Below, one piece after another: positions 7,121 to 17,117 of a stretch of 32,910 bases of DNA (its first letter is position 1; each line of letters begins with the position of its first letter). The position numbers and the translations under genes are program-made. Below the pieces are notes generated by a model. The model searched no databases, was not told where the DNA came from, and saw nothing but the letters and a program-made list of their open reading frames with translations. The DNA comes from a virus: positions 1 through 32,910 of IMG/VR virus record IMGVR_UViG_3300029821_000021; one strand, 5' to 3'.

Positions 7121-9103
7121 TTACATAGCCTCCGCTAACTTAAGATTAATCTGTTGAGCTAGTTCTTCAGCATCAATTTCATCACCATAATTGTTGACAA
7201 CGACTTCAATAGTTATATCTTTAATGCTGTTGTCGTTATTAACAATGGTTTGTGGCATAGTATTAACGTCAAGATTATTAATTGTATCCTGAATAAAATC
7301 ACTTTCAGAAACATCCGGAATATTTGATGTATTTGGAGAAGTAATTCCACTTGATGTAGATGGAACGGTTTTTACTTCCTGCGTAATTTCTGCTTTTAAA
7401 GCAACGTTATCTAATTCTTGAATGGTAAATCCAAGAACATCACCAAGCTTATTAATTTGACGAATAATGCTATTAATAAAATCGATTGCACCGTTTAATG
7501 AATCTTCAATAAAACCAATAATTCCATTAAATATTTTTTGAATCAATTCAAATTGAAAAGTAAATACTTTACCAATAGTCTCAATAACTGGAACTAAAAA
7601 TTTGCTAATAAGATCAATAAACTTTGTAAGTATCGGAAAGAGAACGTTTCCAATTATTAAAACAACATTTGATAATACATTAATAATTGGCATTAATGAT
7701 TTTAATAAATTTTGAACGAGATTGATAACTAGATCAAGTATTGGCTTTAATGATTTCATGAGAGATTGAACAAGACTGTTGATGCTATTTCTAAATTGCT
7801 CATTAGTATTATATAGATGAACCATAAGTCCAACTAAAACGGCAATGACTGCAATAATTGGATGAGCAGCAAGAACAGTAAGAGCCTGTCCTAACATTGG
7901 CATTATTTTAATTAAACTTCCAACCGATGATGTTAGTTTTCCAACAATCATTAATACAGGAGCAATTGATGCAACTAAAGTTAAAATTTTCAAACCATTT
8001 TCTATTTGAGTTTCGGATAATCCGGCTAATTTATTTCTTAATTCTTGAAATGCCGGAATAATCTTATCTTGAACTGTTTGTGCCAATTTTTCCATGATTG
8101 GTAGCAATAGCGCACCAATTTCATTTTTTATTAATGTAAATTGATATTTGAGTTTATCCATTAAATCATCAAATGCATCAAGTTTTTGTACATTTTCATC
8201 GGATATATATCCCAATGCTTCAAATTCGGCGCTTAGAGAAGCCAAACCATTACCACCATCATTTAGTAGTGGAATCAATTTAGCACCCATTCTGGTACCA
8301 AACAATTCGTTTGCGTAATATGCCTGCATTGTAGAGTCTTCTAAGTTAGCAAGTCCATTGATTATTTTTTCAAAATTAGCTTCCATTCCAAGAGAAGCTT
8401 CTTCTGCTGATATTCCTAATTCTTTTAGTGCTGAAGCTGTAATATCTTCTTCACCTGCAGCGAGATGTGCAAGAGCTCCTTGCATTTTTGTCACTGCGTT
8501 AACAAATTGAGCAGCTTCGACGTCTGTTTGATTTGCAATATATAACCATCTTTGTAATTCGGTGGTTGATAAATTTAATTGTTGAGCGGTTGTACCAATG
8601 TAATCACCAGCTTTTACAGCTGATAAACCAATCTTAGCAAAACCACCAACTAAAGCCGCTGCAGCAGCTGATAGCGGAGCCATAGCTTGTCCGGCTTTTG
8701 TTATACCATCTCCAACTTTACGAAATTGCTCAGTAACTCTATCTAACTTCAAATCGTTTATTTCTTGAAGTTTAGCTTTCATTTCTACTGCTGCAGTTTC
8801 TGTTTTTATTAATTGGGACTGGAGTTTTTGATATTCATTAGATGTTTTATCGGTTTTATTCTCATCGAGATATCTTAAACGATCTCGCAGAGATTGCGCT
8901 TTTACTTCCGTTTGCTTTAATGCTTCCTGGGCTTTTCTTTGTGCTTCAACAAATACTTTGCTATTCCATTCAATTTTTAGTGATTTAGATAGGTCTTTAA
9001 TTTCACCACTGGTAGTGCGGATAGATCTATCCATTTTTTTAAGTTCTTTATTAAAACTCGATGCATCGGCATCGATAGGAATAGTCATACCAAAAGCTGC
9101 CAT
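7121..9103 (-). CDS. Tail tape measure protein
   Basis: 660 aa, directly after the G/GT chaperone pair. It has a coiled-coil-like N terminus, a long hydrophobic/Gly-Ala central region and repetitive L/I-rich helices. Confidence 0.85.
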   Translation of the reverse strand: MAAFGMTIPIDADASSFNKELKKMDRSIRTTSGEIKDLSKSLKIEWNSKVFVEAQRKAQEALKQTEVKAQSLRDRLRYLDENKTDKTSNEYQKLQSQLIKTETAAVEMKAKLQEINDLKLDRVTEQFRKVGDGITKAGQAMAPLSAAAAALVGGFAKIGLSAVKAGDYIGTTAQQLNLSTTELQRWLYIANQTDVEAAQFVNAVTKMQGALAHLAAGEEDITASALKELGISAEEASLGMEANFEKIINGLANLEDSTMQAYYANELFGTRMGAKLIPLLNDGGNGLASLSAEFEALGYISDENVQKLDAFDDLMDKLKYQFTLIKNEIGALLLPIMEKLAQTVQDKIIPAFQELRNKLAGLSETQIENGLKILTLVASIAPVLMIVGKLTSSVGSLIKIMPMLGQALTVLAAHPIIAVIAVLVGLMVHLYNTNEQFRNSINSLVQSLMKSLKPILDLVINLVQNLLKSLMPIINVLSNVVLIIGNVLFPILTKFIDLISKFLVPVIETIGKVFTFQFELIQKIFNGIIGFIEDSLNGAIDFINSIIRQINKLGDVLGFTIQELDNVALKAEITQEVKTVPSTSSGITSPNTSNIPDVSESDFIQDTINNLDVNTMPQTIVNNDNSIKDITIEVVVNNYGDEIDAEELAQQINLKLAEAM

Positions 9104-9801
9104 CTAACTCACCTCTTTCTTCTTTTTTCCTCCAAACATTCTTAATAAATCGTCGTTTGAAGCAGGTATTATATTAACTCCTCTAGATGAATTTTTTTCT
9201 TCTTGGAGTCGTTTTAAATACTGTTTTACATCAGAAATTTCATATTCAATAACCAGTGCTTGCAAGTCCATGTAATTTAATTCACACATTAAATCGTATG
9301 GAATTTGATGTTTTTGTGCTTTCTGTATCAATTTAAAAATAGATGGCGGGCCATCTTCCTCACTTTTACTGTTAGTCTGATTTGATATCTTACTATACAG
9401 ATGGTGGAGCAGTGTAGCCCGCCCAATTAGTTTTTTGATACAGTACTTTGCACTTCAGTCAAAACTTTACCTATTGCAGTGAGAATTTCATCAGCAACGG
9501 CAACATCAAACATTCCAAGAAAGTCGATAAAAGTAGGTAATTGATCCGAATTTACATAACAATACAATAGTTTTAACATCCCAATCATATTTGCTTTTGC
9601 TGATTTAGGATCTTTCATCCATTTCGATACTCGTTCATAGTAAGTATTTAGATCACAATCTAATTGGTCCATGAAATATTTTTCCCATTTCAAATGGGCC
9701 TTAAATGATGTGTCAACTTCTAGTTTTAATAACTCACGAGTAGTTTCAATTGAACCTTCGACGTTTTGTTTTCTAATAAGTTTAGGTACTGTAATAATCA
9801 T
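9104..9801 (-). CDS. Tail assembly chaperone GT-like fusion made by a -1 programmed frameshift at 9430..9436
   Basis: The frame of ORF 9104..9331 is -1 relative to 9427..9801 by coordinate arithmetic. My hand translation from 9436 to 9331 in that frame is open (KKLIGRATLLHHLYSKISNQTNSKSEEDGPPSIFKL...). Confidence 0.7.
9427..9801 (-). CDS. Tail assembly chaperone (gpG-like, zero-frame product)
   Basis: 124 aa between the major tail and tape measure genes. It ends at a slippery heptamer. Confidence 0.75.
   Translation of the reverse strand: MIITVPKLIRKQNVEGSIETTRELLKLEVDTSFKAHLKWEKYFMDQLDCDLNTYYERVSKWMKDPKSAKANMIGMLKLLYCYVNSDQLPTFIDFLGMFDVAVADEILTAIGKVLTEVQSTVSKN
9430..9436 (-). promoter_or_regulatory. 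Slippery heptamer A_AAA_AAC (-1 frameshift site), with a downstream GC-rich stem
   Basis: The zero-frame codons are tcA AAA AAC TAA. A 7-bp all-G/C stem (plus 9417..9423 pairing with 9345..9351) begins 6 nt downstream. Confidence 0.7.
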
Positions 9802-9813
9802 AATGGTCTCCTA

Positions 9814-10422
9814 TTATGCTAATGCTGACGGTGTTGGTACTGTTGCGCCAAAAGTAGCATAATCAGTATCATCTGGATAAGAAGTCAACATGTAAACTTT
9901 AACTGTATTGCCATTTGTATCCTCATAATCTGCAGTGCCTGCAGCATTCTTTAAGTTAGTGCCAAGAACAGTTAGTGCATGTTCGATTGGATTGATTGTT
10001 GGATTGTCAGTTGTTTGTTCAAGGTTTACAGATGGCTTTCCAGAAATAACACCAAATAACCAAACTTTAACTGTTTTTGATACGCCTTCATCCAATAAAT
10101 CAAATTCAAAATACAATGCATGTTCAACAGTTTGATTTTGTGATATATCAGCAATTCCTTTGCTAATCAACATTTGTCGACCACATGCAATTTCGTAATC
10201 TTCATCGATGTTAATTAATGACAATGTTCCGGTCTTTCCTTTATCGTCTGCTAAGACTGCTAATTTTTGACCATCACCATACAATGGAGTTTCATCATAG
10301 TCAGCTTCAAGTGAAAGAGATCTTGCATATGTCATTGCTGTAGGAGTACCAAATACACCAAGAGTCTTGAATGCATATTTCAAGTTTTTAATATTAAATG
10401 CAAATTGATTTTTTCTACTCAT
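9814..10422 (-). CDS. Major tail protein (phi13-like family)
   Basis: 202 aa, just upstream of the chaperone pair. The N-terminal region FNIKNLKYAF...GTPTAMTYARSLSLEADYDETPLYGDG resembles phi13-type major tail proteins. Confidence 0.7.
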   Translation of the reverse strand: MSRKNQFAFNIKNLKYAFKTLGVFGTPTAMTYARSLSLEADYDETPLYGDGQKLAVLADDKGKTGTLSLINIDEDYEIACGRQMLISKGIADISQNQTVEHALYFEFDLLDEGVSKTVKVWLFGVISGKPSVNLEQTTDNPTINPIEHALTVLGTNLKNAAGTADYEDTNGNTVKVYMLTSYPDDTDYATFGATVPTPSALA

Positions 10423-10423
10423 T

Positions 10424-10813
10424 TTAATTCCTCCTAATATTTTTGTTCATTTCGTTTTTAAAAGCATTAAATAATGCCTGCTTACTTCTTTCAAAAGTAC
10501 TAAGTATAAATGGGTGAGGCCCTCTAGCAGAATATTCAGAAAGATTGCTTAAAGGTATTCCTTTATCTGGACCAAGTACACCTCTTGAGTTATAAATGTA
10601 AATTGAGTTTGGGTAAGGAGCAAGTTTCCAACTTGCTTTAAATATTCCAAGCCCATTTGTGTTAGTCGCTTCTGATGCTCTTTTAACCATCTCTTCGCCG
10701 GATGCTTTAAGAGCTTTTTGAGTAGCTTCATATCCAATTTTTTTGCACATGTTAATTTGTTTAATCATTTCTTGCTGAAAATCAAAAATAGAATTTGAAC
10801 CATGACCTTGCAT
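10424..10813 (-). CDS. Head-tail joining / tail completion protein (HK97 gp10-like)
   Basis: 129 aa. Assigned from position and weak gp10-like N-terminal similarity. Confidence 0.45.
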   Translation of the reverse strand: MQGHGSNSIFDFQQEMIKQINMCKKIGYEATQKALKASGEEMVKRASEATNTNGLGIFKASWKLAPYPNSIYIYNSRGVLGPDKGIPLSNLSEYSARGPHPFILSTFERSKQALFNAFKNEMNKNIRRN

Positions 10814-11238
10814 TACTCACTCACTCTATTTTGAGCAGAAAAGCTATACATATATAACTGACTGCTATTGTCGTAAGATGATCTATCAAATTTCATGATG
10901 TATCTATCTTTTTGAAGTTCAGTTTCAATGTTCGATAAAACAGTATTAACAATTGGATTGTTTGAATACAATGTAAAAGTAACCGTATAATCAAATGCCA
11001 AGACTTGACCATCACCGTGAACAAATGGATTTACATACCCAAAATTCCAAACTAAGTATTTTTCTTTATCAGAACCGGCTTTATTTGTTACTTGCATATG
11101 CCAATAGACAATCTCTGATTCTAATAATAGTTCATCAGAATCAAGTGTAAACCCATCTATCAACCCGGCATTAGTTAAGTTTTTTTCAATATTTTCTTTG
11201 ATTAATGCTATTGCGGTTGTAAGTTTCATTAAGACCAC
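10813..11238 (-). CDS. Head-tail joining / tail terminator-position protein
   Basis: 141 aa. Assigned from position only. Confidence 0.4.
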   Translation of the reverse strand: MVLMKLTTAIALIKENIEKNLTNAGLIDGFTLDSDELLLESEIVYWHMQVTNKAGSDKEKYLVWNFGYVNPFVHGDGQVLAFDYTVTFTLYSNNPIVNTVLSNIETELQKDRYIMKFDRSSYDNSSQLYMYSFSAQNRVSE

Positions 11239-11588
11239 CTTACTTCCGTATAAGATTTTGAATTTACAGGATATGCTCTAAGCTTTAATTCGGTTTGAAA
11301 AAATTCTAATTCATCGATAGAATCAATTGCATAAACACGATTCATAAATTCGATAAACATATCAATATCAATAGTTCGATAATTAATTACAAATTCGATT
11401 GTGACATTGTTTTGAATAGCTTCCTGGGAAGACTGTTCTTGAGAACTCAATTGCCTTGCATACGCTGATAATTTAGTGTTTATAGGGTGAATATATTGTT
11501 TAACAATACCTGTTTTGCTTTGAATTTCTTTAAAAACAAGAATATTATGATGCTTATTTGGATATGAATATCCATGTAAACTATCCAT
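11229..11588 (-). CDS. Head closure / head-tail adaptor protein
   Basis: 119 aa. Assigned from position after the gp6-like connector and from the typical size. Confidence 0.5.
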   Translation of the reverse strand: MDSLHGYSYPNKHHNILVFKEIQSKTGIVKQYIHPINTKLSAYARQLSSQEQSSQEAIQNNVTIEFVINYRTIDIDMFIEFMNRVYAIDSIDELEFFQTELKLRAYPVNSKSYTEVRWS

Positions 11589-11589
11589 T

Positions 11590-11916
11590 CTATTCCACCA
11601 CTACTTCTAGCGCAGCTTCTGCAGCAAGCTTTTCAGCCGCTATACACTGTAGTTGCACAATTAGTCCACCAAGACCCATACTGTAATCAAAGTCTTTATT
11701 ATATTGAGTTTGACTAAAAAAATGTGTTCTTACTAGCAATCTAGCAGCTTGTTTTGCAAGTGGTTCAATGGTATCTTCTTTACCAAAATCATAGCCAGTT
11801 ACTTTTTCTAAATAAGAGGAGGCAAACTCTGCCAGGTTGTTCAATTCATCAGTATCATGATCGAAGTCAACACGAATTGCCTTCCTAACTTCTTCAATTG
11901 ATATTACCAGGTTCAT
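11590..11916 (-). CDS. Head-tail connector protein (gp6-like)
   Basis: 108 aa, directly after the major capsid gene. It begins ISIEEVRKAIRVDFDHDTDELNNLAEFASSYLEKVTG, which is typical of gp6-like connectors. Confidence 0.65.
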   Translation of the reverse strand: MNLVISIEEVRKAIRVDFDHDTDELNNLAEFASSYLEKVTGYDFGKEDTIEPLAKQAARLLVRTHFFSQTQYNKDFDYSMGLGGLIVQLQCIAAEKLAAEAALEVVVE

Positions 11917-11945
11917 AATTTGCCTCCTATATTAATATTTATTTT

Positions 11946-13085
11946 TTACGCTGCAGCAATGTAAAGCTTAGCAAATGCTGAAGTATCGAGTAAATGACCA
12001 TCTACGAGAGCATGTGCTCTGTAAGTTCTAGTTGCAGTTCTAAATCCAACAGAATCATCAGATGTAATCTCAACGTCTTTGTTAAAATTATAAGTGAAGT
12101 TTTCAAGGTTACCGAAATACATCACATCATCTGCTAATTGATCAAAAACAGTGACTGGATAGCCAAGTAATTTTCCTGAATTGCCATTTTCCGCATTAGG
12201 AACAAAGATTGGTCTGTTGTCGCCATCTAAAATCTTATACAAACGAGCAAATAAGGTTTTTCGATTAACGATAATTTCAGCACCTTGTGCATGCGCAGCA
12301 TCTAAAATTCCTAAGAACTCAACAATGTCATTGTATGTCCATGCGGTTGCAGCTGCAATTTCAGTTGCGTTAGTTCCATCAACCCATGATACGGCATTCT
12401 CAATACCAGTAGGTTGATTCGAACCTGAACCGGCTCCAGAAATGATAGCTTTATCCAATGCTCTTGCCATTTTTTTGGCCATGACACGAACTAACCATCC
12501 TTCAAAGTCATCAACTGACATAGTTGACATTTGAGCAGTAATCGATTGAAGTTTAATGAGATCATACGCATTGAAAGCTTTTTGTGATAATGTGTCAGTG
12601 CCATCACTAGCTCCAGCACCTTCTGCAACCCATGCAGCATCACTGTTGACGTTTTCAACCGGTAAACTCAATTTACCTTGAACAAACATTTTGTTGACTC
12701 TTGGATATAAAATTGAGACTTGGACCATTTTTTCTTGGATTTTATTCCAAGTAGTGGTTGGAATCGCATATCCGCCAGAAGATGTCGAGGATGTTACTGC
12801 TCTTTCTTCAGGAGTCAATTGTCTGTGCATTAGGTTTTTCAACCAGCCGGAACGATAAAGTTTAGCATCGGCATCTTTGCCTCTGTCTTCTTGATTTTTG
12901 TCAATAATATTGACTTCGAGACCGTTATCAAACTTTTCGTTTAACAATTTTTGTCTAGCTTCGATCTGATCTTTTTCAGCAATCAAAGCATCCAATTCTT
13001 TTTCAAGTTCAGCAGATACGTTACCGTCTCTAACCTCAACTTGAATTTCTTTCATTCTTTTTAAAATTTCTGCAAGTCGTTTCAT
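11946..13085 (-). CDS. Major capsid protein, HK97 family
   Basis: 379 aa following the prohead protease. It has an N-terminal coiled delta-like region and then an HK97-like core (SGGYAIPTT..., LDKAIISGAGSG). Confidence 0.9.
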   Translation of the reverse strand: MKRLAEILKRMKEIQVEVRDGNVSAELEKELDALIAEKDQIEARQKLLNEKFDNGLEVNIIDKNQEDRGKDADAKLYRSGWLKNLMHRQLTPEERAVTSSTSSGGYAIPTTTWNKIQEKMVQVSILYPRVNKMFVQGKLSLPVENVNSDAAWVAEGAGASDGTDTLSQKAFNAYDLIKLQSITAQMSTMSVDDFEGWLVRVMAKKMARALDKAIISGAGSGSNQPTGIENAVSWVDGTNATEIAAATAWTYNDIVEFLGILDAAHAQGAEIIVNRKTLFARLYKILDGDNRPIFVPNAENGNSGKLLGYPVTVFDQLADDVMYFGNLENFTYNFNKDVEITSDDSVGFRTATRTYRAHALVDGHLLDTSAFAKLYIAAA

Positions 13086-13086
13086 G

Positions 13087-13740
13087 TTACTTAATTCCTC
13101 CTAATTTTATTTTCATATTGATTCGCCTAACCGATTCTTCATTCTTAGCTCTTGCTTCCTCTAAAGCCTTTCGAGTGTCCTCAAACTTCTCAAAAGAGCG
13201 AGCATAGACTTCAGTATTTTCATAGGCTGGTAAATCCACAATTGAAACATCAAAAAGTCTATCAATCTTCTTGATTGTTCTAAGCGGTGGAACTCCTTCT
13301 TCATCAAAGTTCCACTCTGATCCGGTACCATCCATCGGAATAGTGAAAGCAAAACTACACTCTGTGATAAGACCAGAACGAACCATTTCATAAATATCTT
13401 TATGAGATTGAATATCAAGCAATTCGGCTTCTCCACGTAGTCCAATCTTGTCGACAGTCAATTTCAAACTGCCATTTTTAGTTGAAGCTAGCGCTAAATA
13501 TCCATCTTGATGATTATATTTAAGTGGAACTTTCTTCATGTCTGTATCTTTTAATGCATCCGGAAGAATTTGCTCTCTAAATCCGTATTCTTTACTACCA
13601 ATTAATGTTTGCTGATTGAATTTAAGAAAATATGCTTCTAAAATCATTCTTTTAGTTTCTTGATCTTCTCTAAATTCAACTTGAGCTGCCATTCTTATTT
13701 CTTTTTGATTATTTGAAATATCATTAGCTCTCTTGTCCAT
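13087..13740 (-). CDS. Prohead maturation protease (HK97/S78 family)
   Basis: 217 aa between the portal and capsid genes. Contains LKYNHQ...LAL and FAF...DL.DVSIV motifs. Confidence 0.8.
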   Translation of the reverse strand: MDKRANDISNNQKEIRMAAQVEFREDQETKRMILEAYFLKFNQQTLIGSKEYGFREQILPDALKDTDMKKVPLKYNHQDGYLALASTKNGSLKLTVDKIGLRGEAELLDIQSHKDIYEMVRSGLITECSFAFTIPMDGTGSEWNFDEEGVPPLRTIKKIDRLFDVSIVDLPAYENTEVYARSFEKFEDTRKALEEARAKNEESVRRINMKIKLGGIK

Positions 13741-14923
13741 CTGTATTTCCTCCTTTGGATAATTGATATTGAGTTGCTACAGCAGAATCAATGTAATTTA
13801 ATGAGACTAACCGTTTATTACCTTCTTCAGCTGGAAGCGGTGGCATTGATAAAATACCCCTAATTTCGTTAATTGTGTATAAACCCAATTCTTTTGTTTC
13901 TTTAACAAGGTTAATTCTTGTTTGAAAACTAACTATTTGAAGTTCATTAACATCAATTTTTATGCGATTTCCGGCACCATATTCACGATCAGTGAATACT
14001 TTATAGTTTAGTTCGTTGCAAAGTTTATTGATAAATGGTTCTAAATTGGTTTCATAGTAAGATTGATAGTCGTCAGCGGAAAATTTAGCTTTGATCATAT
14101 CTTCTGTGACGTGCAAATAATTGTATATTTTGTTTTCGAAGAACTTCATTTCATCAGAGTTTGAATATTTAGCTTCTGACTTGACTTGAGTAAGCGTTGA
14201 TGCAGCATCCAAGTATGCTACTCCAGTACCATCTGATGCTAAATAGGTCTGAGCAAATCTTTTTGCAGCTTCCGCTTTTTTCGAATCAGACAATGATGTT
14301 GTAGTGGTTATCACAAATCGCAAAAATTGACTAGTCTTAATTGCACTCTCAATTCCTTCATAATTTGTGTTAATAACGTTCAATATAGTATTAATAGCGT
14401 TAGATTTTTGGCCAAATATCTCTGAAGAATCTACATTTCGAGCAATGTGGATGATGTTTTCCATTCCAGTAATGATTTGAGCTCCGTTTAAGTAAAATTT
14501 AAAGTAAAATTCACCATCTTTACTTAATGAAGTTTCAACATTATTGACATCAAGTACCCATAATGCTTTTAAAGGCTCAGCTGGTTTTGTCAAATCCCAC
14601 TCAATATAAATGAATACGTTATTTTCAACCCAGTATTTTTTAGCTACTTTCTCCCAAAAGGATCCAGCTTCCATAATTGGATTTGGTTTAAGAGTTAAAA
14701 TTTTGTTAAGCCATTCCTTGTCTCTTTTGTCTTTTAGATAAACAACAGGCTTAATTTTACTAAAGTGCATCATGTGAAGTTCTACTGCAGACATAAATGT
14801 TTCGTTTAATTCCGGATTTACAAGGCTGCTAAAGTAAGGTGTAAATAAATTAATTAGTTGTGATGTACTAGCTTGTGATTCTTTGGTTTTTTTATTTCCA
14901 AAGATAGAAGTAAAAATGCCCAT
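13724..14923 (-). CDS. Portal protein (HK97 family)
   Basis: 399 aa, directly downstream of TerL. Confidence 0.85.
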   Translation of the reverse strand: MGIFTSIFGNKKTKESQASTSQLINLFTPYFSSLVNPELNETFMSAVELHMMHFSKIKPVVYLKDKRDKEWLNKILTLKPNPIMEAGSFWEKVAKKYWVENNVFIYIEWDLTKPAEPLKALWVLDVNNVETSLSKDGEFYFKFYLNGAQIITGMENIIHIARNVDSSEIFGQKSNAINTILNVINTNYEGIESAIKTSQFLRFVITTTTSLSDSKKAEAAKRFAQTYLASDGTGVAYLDAASTLTQVKSEAKYSNSDEMKFFENKIYNYLHVTEDMIKAKFSADDYQSYYETNLEPFINKLCNELNYKVFTDREYGAGNRIKIDVNELQIVSFQTRINLVKETKELGLYTINEIRGILSMPPLPAEEGNKRLVSLNYIDSAVATQYQLSKGGNTDGQES

Positions 14924-16630
14924 TTAGTCCTCCTCCCAAAACCTATTATTATTGTTGATGTATGGAACATAACAGTCAAGAATAGTAGCTACACCATCAA
15001 TTTTTCGTTCATAGCTACCTTTTTTTGGAAGGTAGTTTCCATTTCGGTCTTTCTCCAACTCGACGTTAGACAAACACCATTTAGTCACTGGATTATTTTG
15101 ATATATAAGCGTTTTTGTTTTTAAATCAGCTTCTAAAACTTGCATTGGAACCGAAAGAGTTTTGCTGCCTTGATGCACTTTAATCATGCAATAATCTTTT
15201 GAGAAACCTTCTGATTCTAATTCATTTACTAGATATCCAGCTGAATATGGATCATAACCAATAAATTGATATATATATCCTTTTTCGACATTACTCCTGA
15301 CATAATTCACAATGTCATGATAGTCAATAAGCTCTACTCCACTTTGTCGAACATATCCAGATTGAATCCATTTTTGAATTGGCGGTATTTTTTTATGCTT
15401 ATCGACGTATTTTTGAGTAACCCAATACATGGTCTCAGCAATTATTTTGCGACGCTTTTTGTCAAAATGAAGAGTAGTAAATGCTGTCATGTCTCCAGTT
15501 CGTGACAAATCGAATCCGCCTATCACAATTGAATTTTTGTTATCTATCATTAATTTGTTAATATCTACTTCTTCAGTATTATTAAATTCATCGAATGAAA
15601 GCCATGATTTACGACTAGCTTGACGAATATTAAAACTCTTAGCTAGTAAATTTGTTAATTTTGAAGCATCATTTTTACATTTTTCAATTTCTTCATATAA
15701 ACCATTAACAGATAAACTTACTCCAAGATTAGGATTTGCTTTATATGCGTTTTTGATGTCTTTCCATTCGTCTGGATCATCAAGTTCATAACATATTACT
15801 AATAAGCGATCATCTTGCCACTCACCATCAAGTACTTTTTCATCATAATCATAAACTTCATCAAATGTTGACTCTCGTTCAGTACCCATCGTTGTTGTAA
15901 CTAATTCAATAGGCTGATTTCTTGATTTAGCTGAATCCCACATAACGTCAATGATGTTACTATCTGTGATTGCGTGTAATTCATCGATGTGAGTAAGCTG
16001 TGCATTTAATCCGTCAAGCTTTTTTGACTCTTTAGAAATTGGTTTATAGAAACTATCACTGAACGGTTTTAAGTAAATACCATTAACAGTACATCTAAAA
16101 CGTTTATTCAGTGTAGGACTTTTTGAAATAATAAGTTTTGCCATGTCCCAACCAATTTTTGCTTGTTCTCGCTTTGTAGCTCCAGAATAAATCTCAGATC
16201 CTATTTCGCCACCCAAGAGTAATTCATAAATAATGAGACATGCAGCTAATAAAGTCTTACCATTTTTACGAGCGACATATAAATGCAGTCTATGATGTTT
16301 TCGATAACCAGTTGTTTTTGATACAAAACCATATAATGCACTTATTAATGCCTTTTGCCAAAGTTCCAATTGAATATTTGTTCCTGCAAATCCGGTTCCT
16401 TTTACATGTCTGCAAAAGGATTCAATAAAATCAATTGGTTGAGAAGCTAATATTGGATTAAAAACAAAATATTCTTTTTCGCCTTTATAATCAACAATAA
16501 AGTTTTGATCCGGATTATCTAAAAGGTAAATTAATTTTTGATATTGCTTTTTTACTTTCTTACCTACAATAATTCGCCCGGTGATAATCTCATGGTAGTA
16601 CTCACGGATATAATTCCTATCCATTTTCAT
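14924..16630 (-). CDS. terL: Terminase large subunit
   Basis: 568 aa with a Walker A-like ARKNGKT, an IDELH Walker B-like motif and a Terminase_1-like layout. Confidence 0.92.
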   Translation of the reverse strand: MKMDRNYIREYYHEIITGRIIVGKKVKKQYQKLIYLLDNPDQNFIVDYKGEKEYFVFNPILASQPIDFIESFCRHVKGTGFAGTNIQLELWQKALISALYGFVSKTTGYRKHHRLHLYVARKNGKTLLAACLIIYELLLGGEIGSEIYSGATKREQAKIGWDMAKLIISKSPTLNKRFRCTVNGIYLKPFSDSFYKPISKESKKLDGLNAQLTHIDELHAITDSNIIDVMWDSAKSRNQPIELVTTTMGTERESTFDEVYDYDEKVLDGEWQDDRLLVICYELDDPDEWKDIKNAYKANPNLGVSLSVNGLYEEIEKCKNDASKLTNLLAKSFNIRQASRKSWLSFDEFNNTEEVDINKLMIDNKNSIVIGGFDLSRTGDMTAFTTLHFDKKRRKIIAETMYWVTQKYVDKHKKIPPIQKWIQSGYVRQSGVELIDYHDIVNYVRSNVEKGYIYQFIGYDPYSAGYLVNELESEGFSKDYCMIKVHQGSKTLSVPMQVLEADLKTKTLIYQNNPVTKWCLSNVELEKDRNGNYLPKKGSYERKIDGVATILDCYVPYINNNNRFWEED

Positions 16631-17030
16631 ACTCAGCTAAACGTTCTTTTTGTTTTTTCTTAAATTTATTGAAATCATCGCCATCATCTGTTTCATCAGG
16701 TAGATAAATTTCTAATCTTCCTAAATATGTCGAATACAATTTACCTGTTTGCAGCATGATGTCCTGGGCAATCGATTTTTTAAGACCATATTGATTTTCA
16801 CCGTTACGATATGTTTCAAAGAATCCATCTCTCTTAATCAGTTCAGATAACTCTTCAAGCTCAACTATACAAAATGCAATGTTCTTGATTAGGTTATCTA
16901 CCAATACTTTCTTTTCCGGAGTAAGACTCTTGATTATTTTTTTAAGTTTTACGTATTCTCGTTTAATTCTACCTTCTCGTTCTTCATCTGTGAAAAACTT
17001 TCCAGTTTCATCGTAATATTCGTTTTCCAT
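16617..17030 (-). CDS. terS: Terminase small subunit (P27-like family)
   Basis: 137 aa overlapping the terL start. The region LVDNLIKNIAFCIVELEELSELIKRDGFFETYRNGENQYGLKKS is P27-family-like. Confidence 0.65.
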   Translation of the reverse strand: MENEYYDETGKFFTDEEREGRIKREYVKLKKIIKSLTPEKKVLVDNLIKNIAFCIVELEELSELIKRDGFFETYRNGENQYGLKKSIAQDIMLQTGKLYSTYLGRLEIYLPDETDDGDDFNKFKKKQKERLAEYENG

Positions 17031-17117
17031 AGATCAAAACCTCCAAAAAATATACTACCCCCCCTACAAAGTGGCGTGTGTGAAAAAGTTATGACTAGAC
17101 ACCGTTGACTAAGATGG
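17031..17117. other. Candidate cos / packaging-recognition region between the HNH and terS genes
   Basis: An 87-bp non-coding gap in the position used by HNH-dependent cos phages. It holds a C7 run (17058..17064) and GTGGCGTGTGTG, both unusual in this AT-rich genome. A G6 run lies at 17138..17143. Confidence 0.3.

Noticed and set aside
10549-10737. Nested same-strand alternative-frame ORFs: 10549..10737, 13161..13445, 24885..25082 and 16949..17188. Also antisense ORFs inside the plus-strand genes: 31057..31248, 31969..32220 and 32582..32779
   Set aside because: Each is fully or mostly embedded in a larger gene with recognisable family features. There is no independent translation signal.
9814-11238. 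Contractile-tail (myovirus) organisation
   Set aside because: No sheath-sized gene lies between the head-tail joining genes and the chaperone/tape-measure block. The single ~200-aa major tail protein fits a siphovirus tail.
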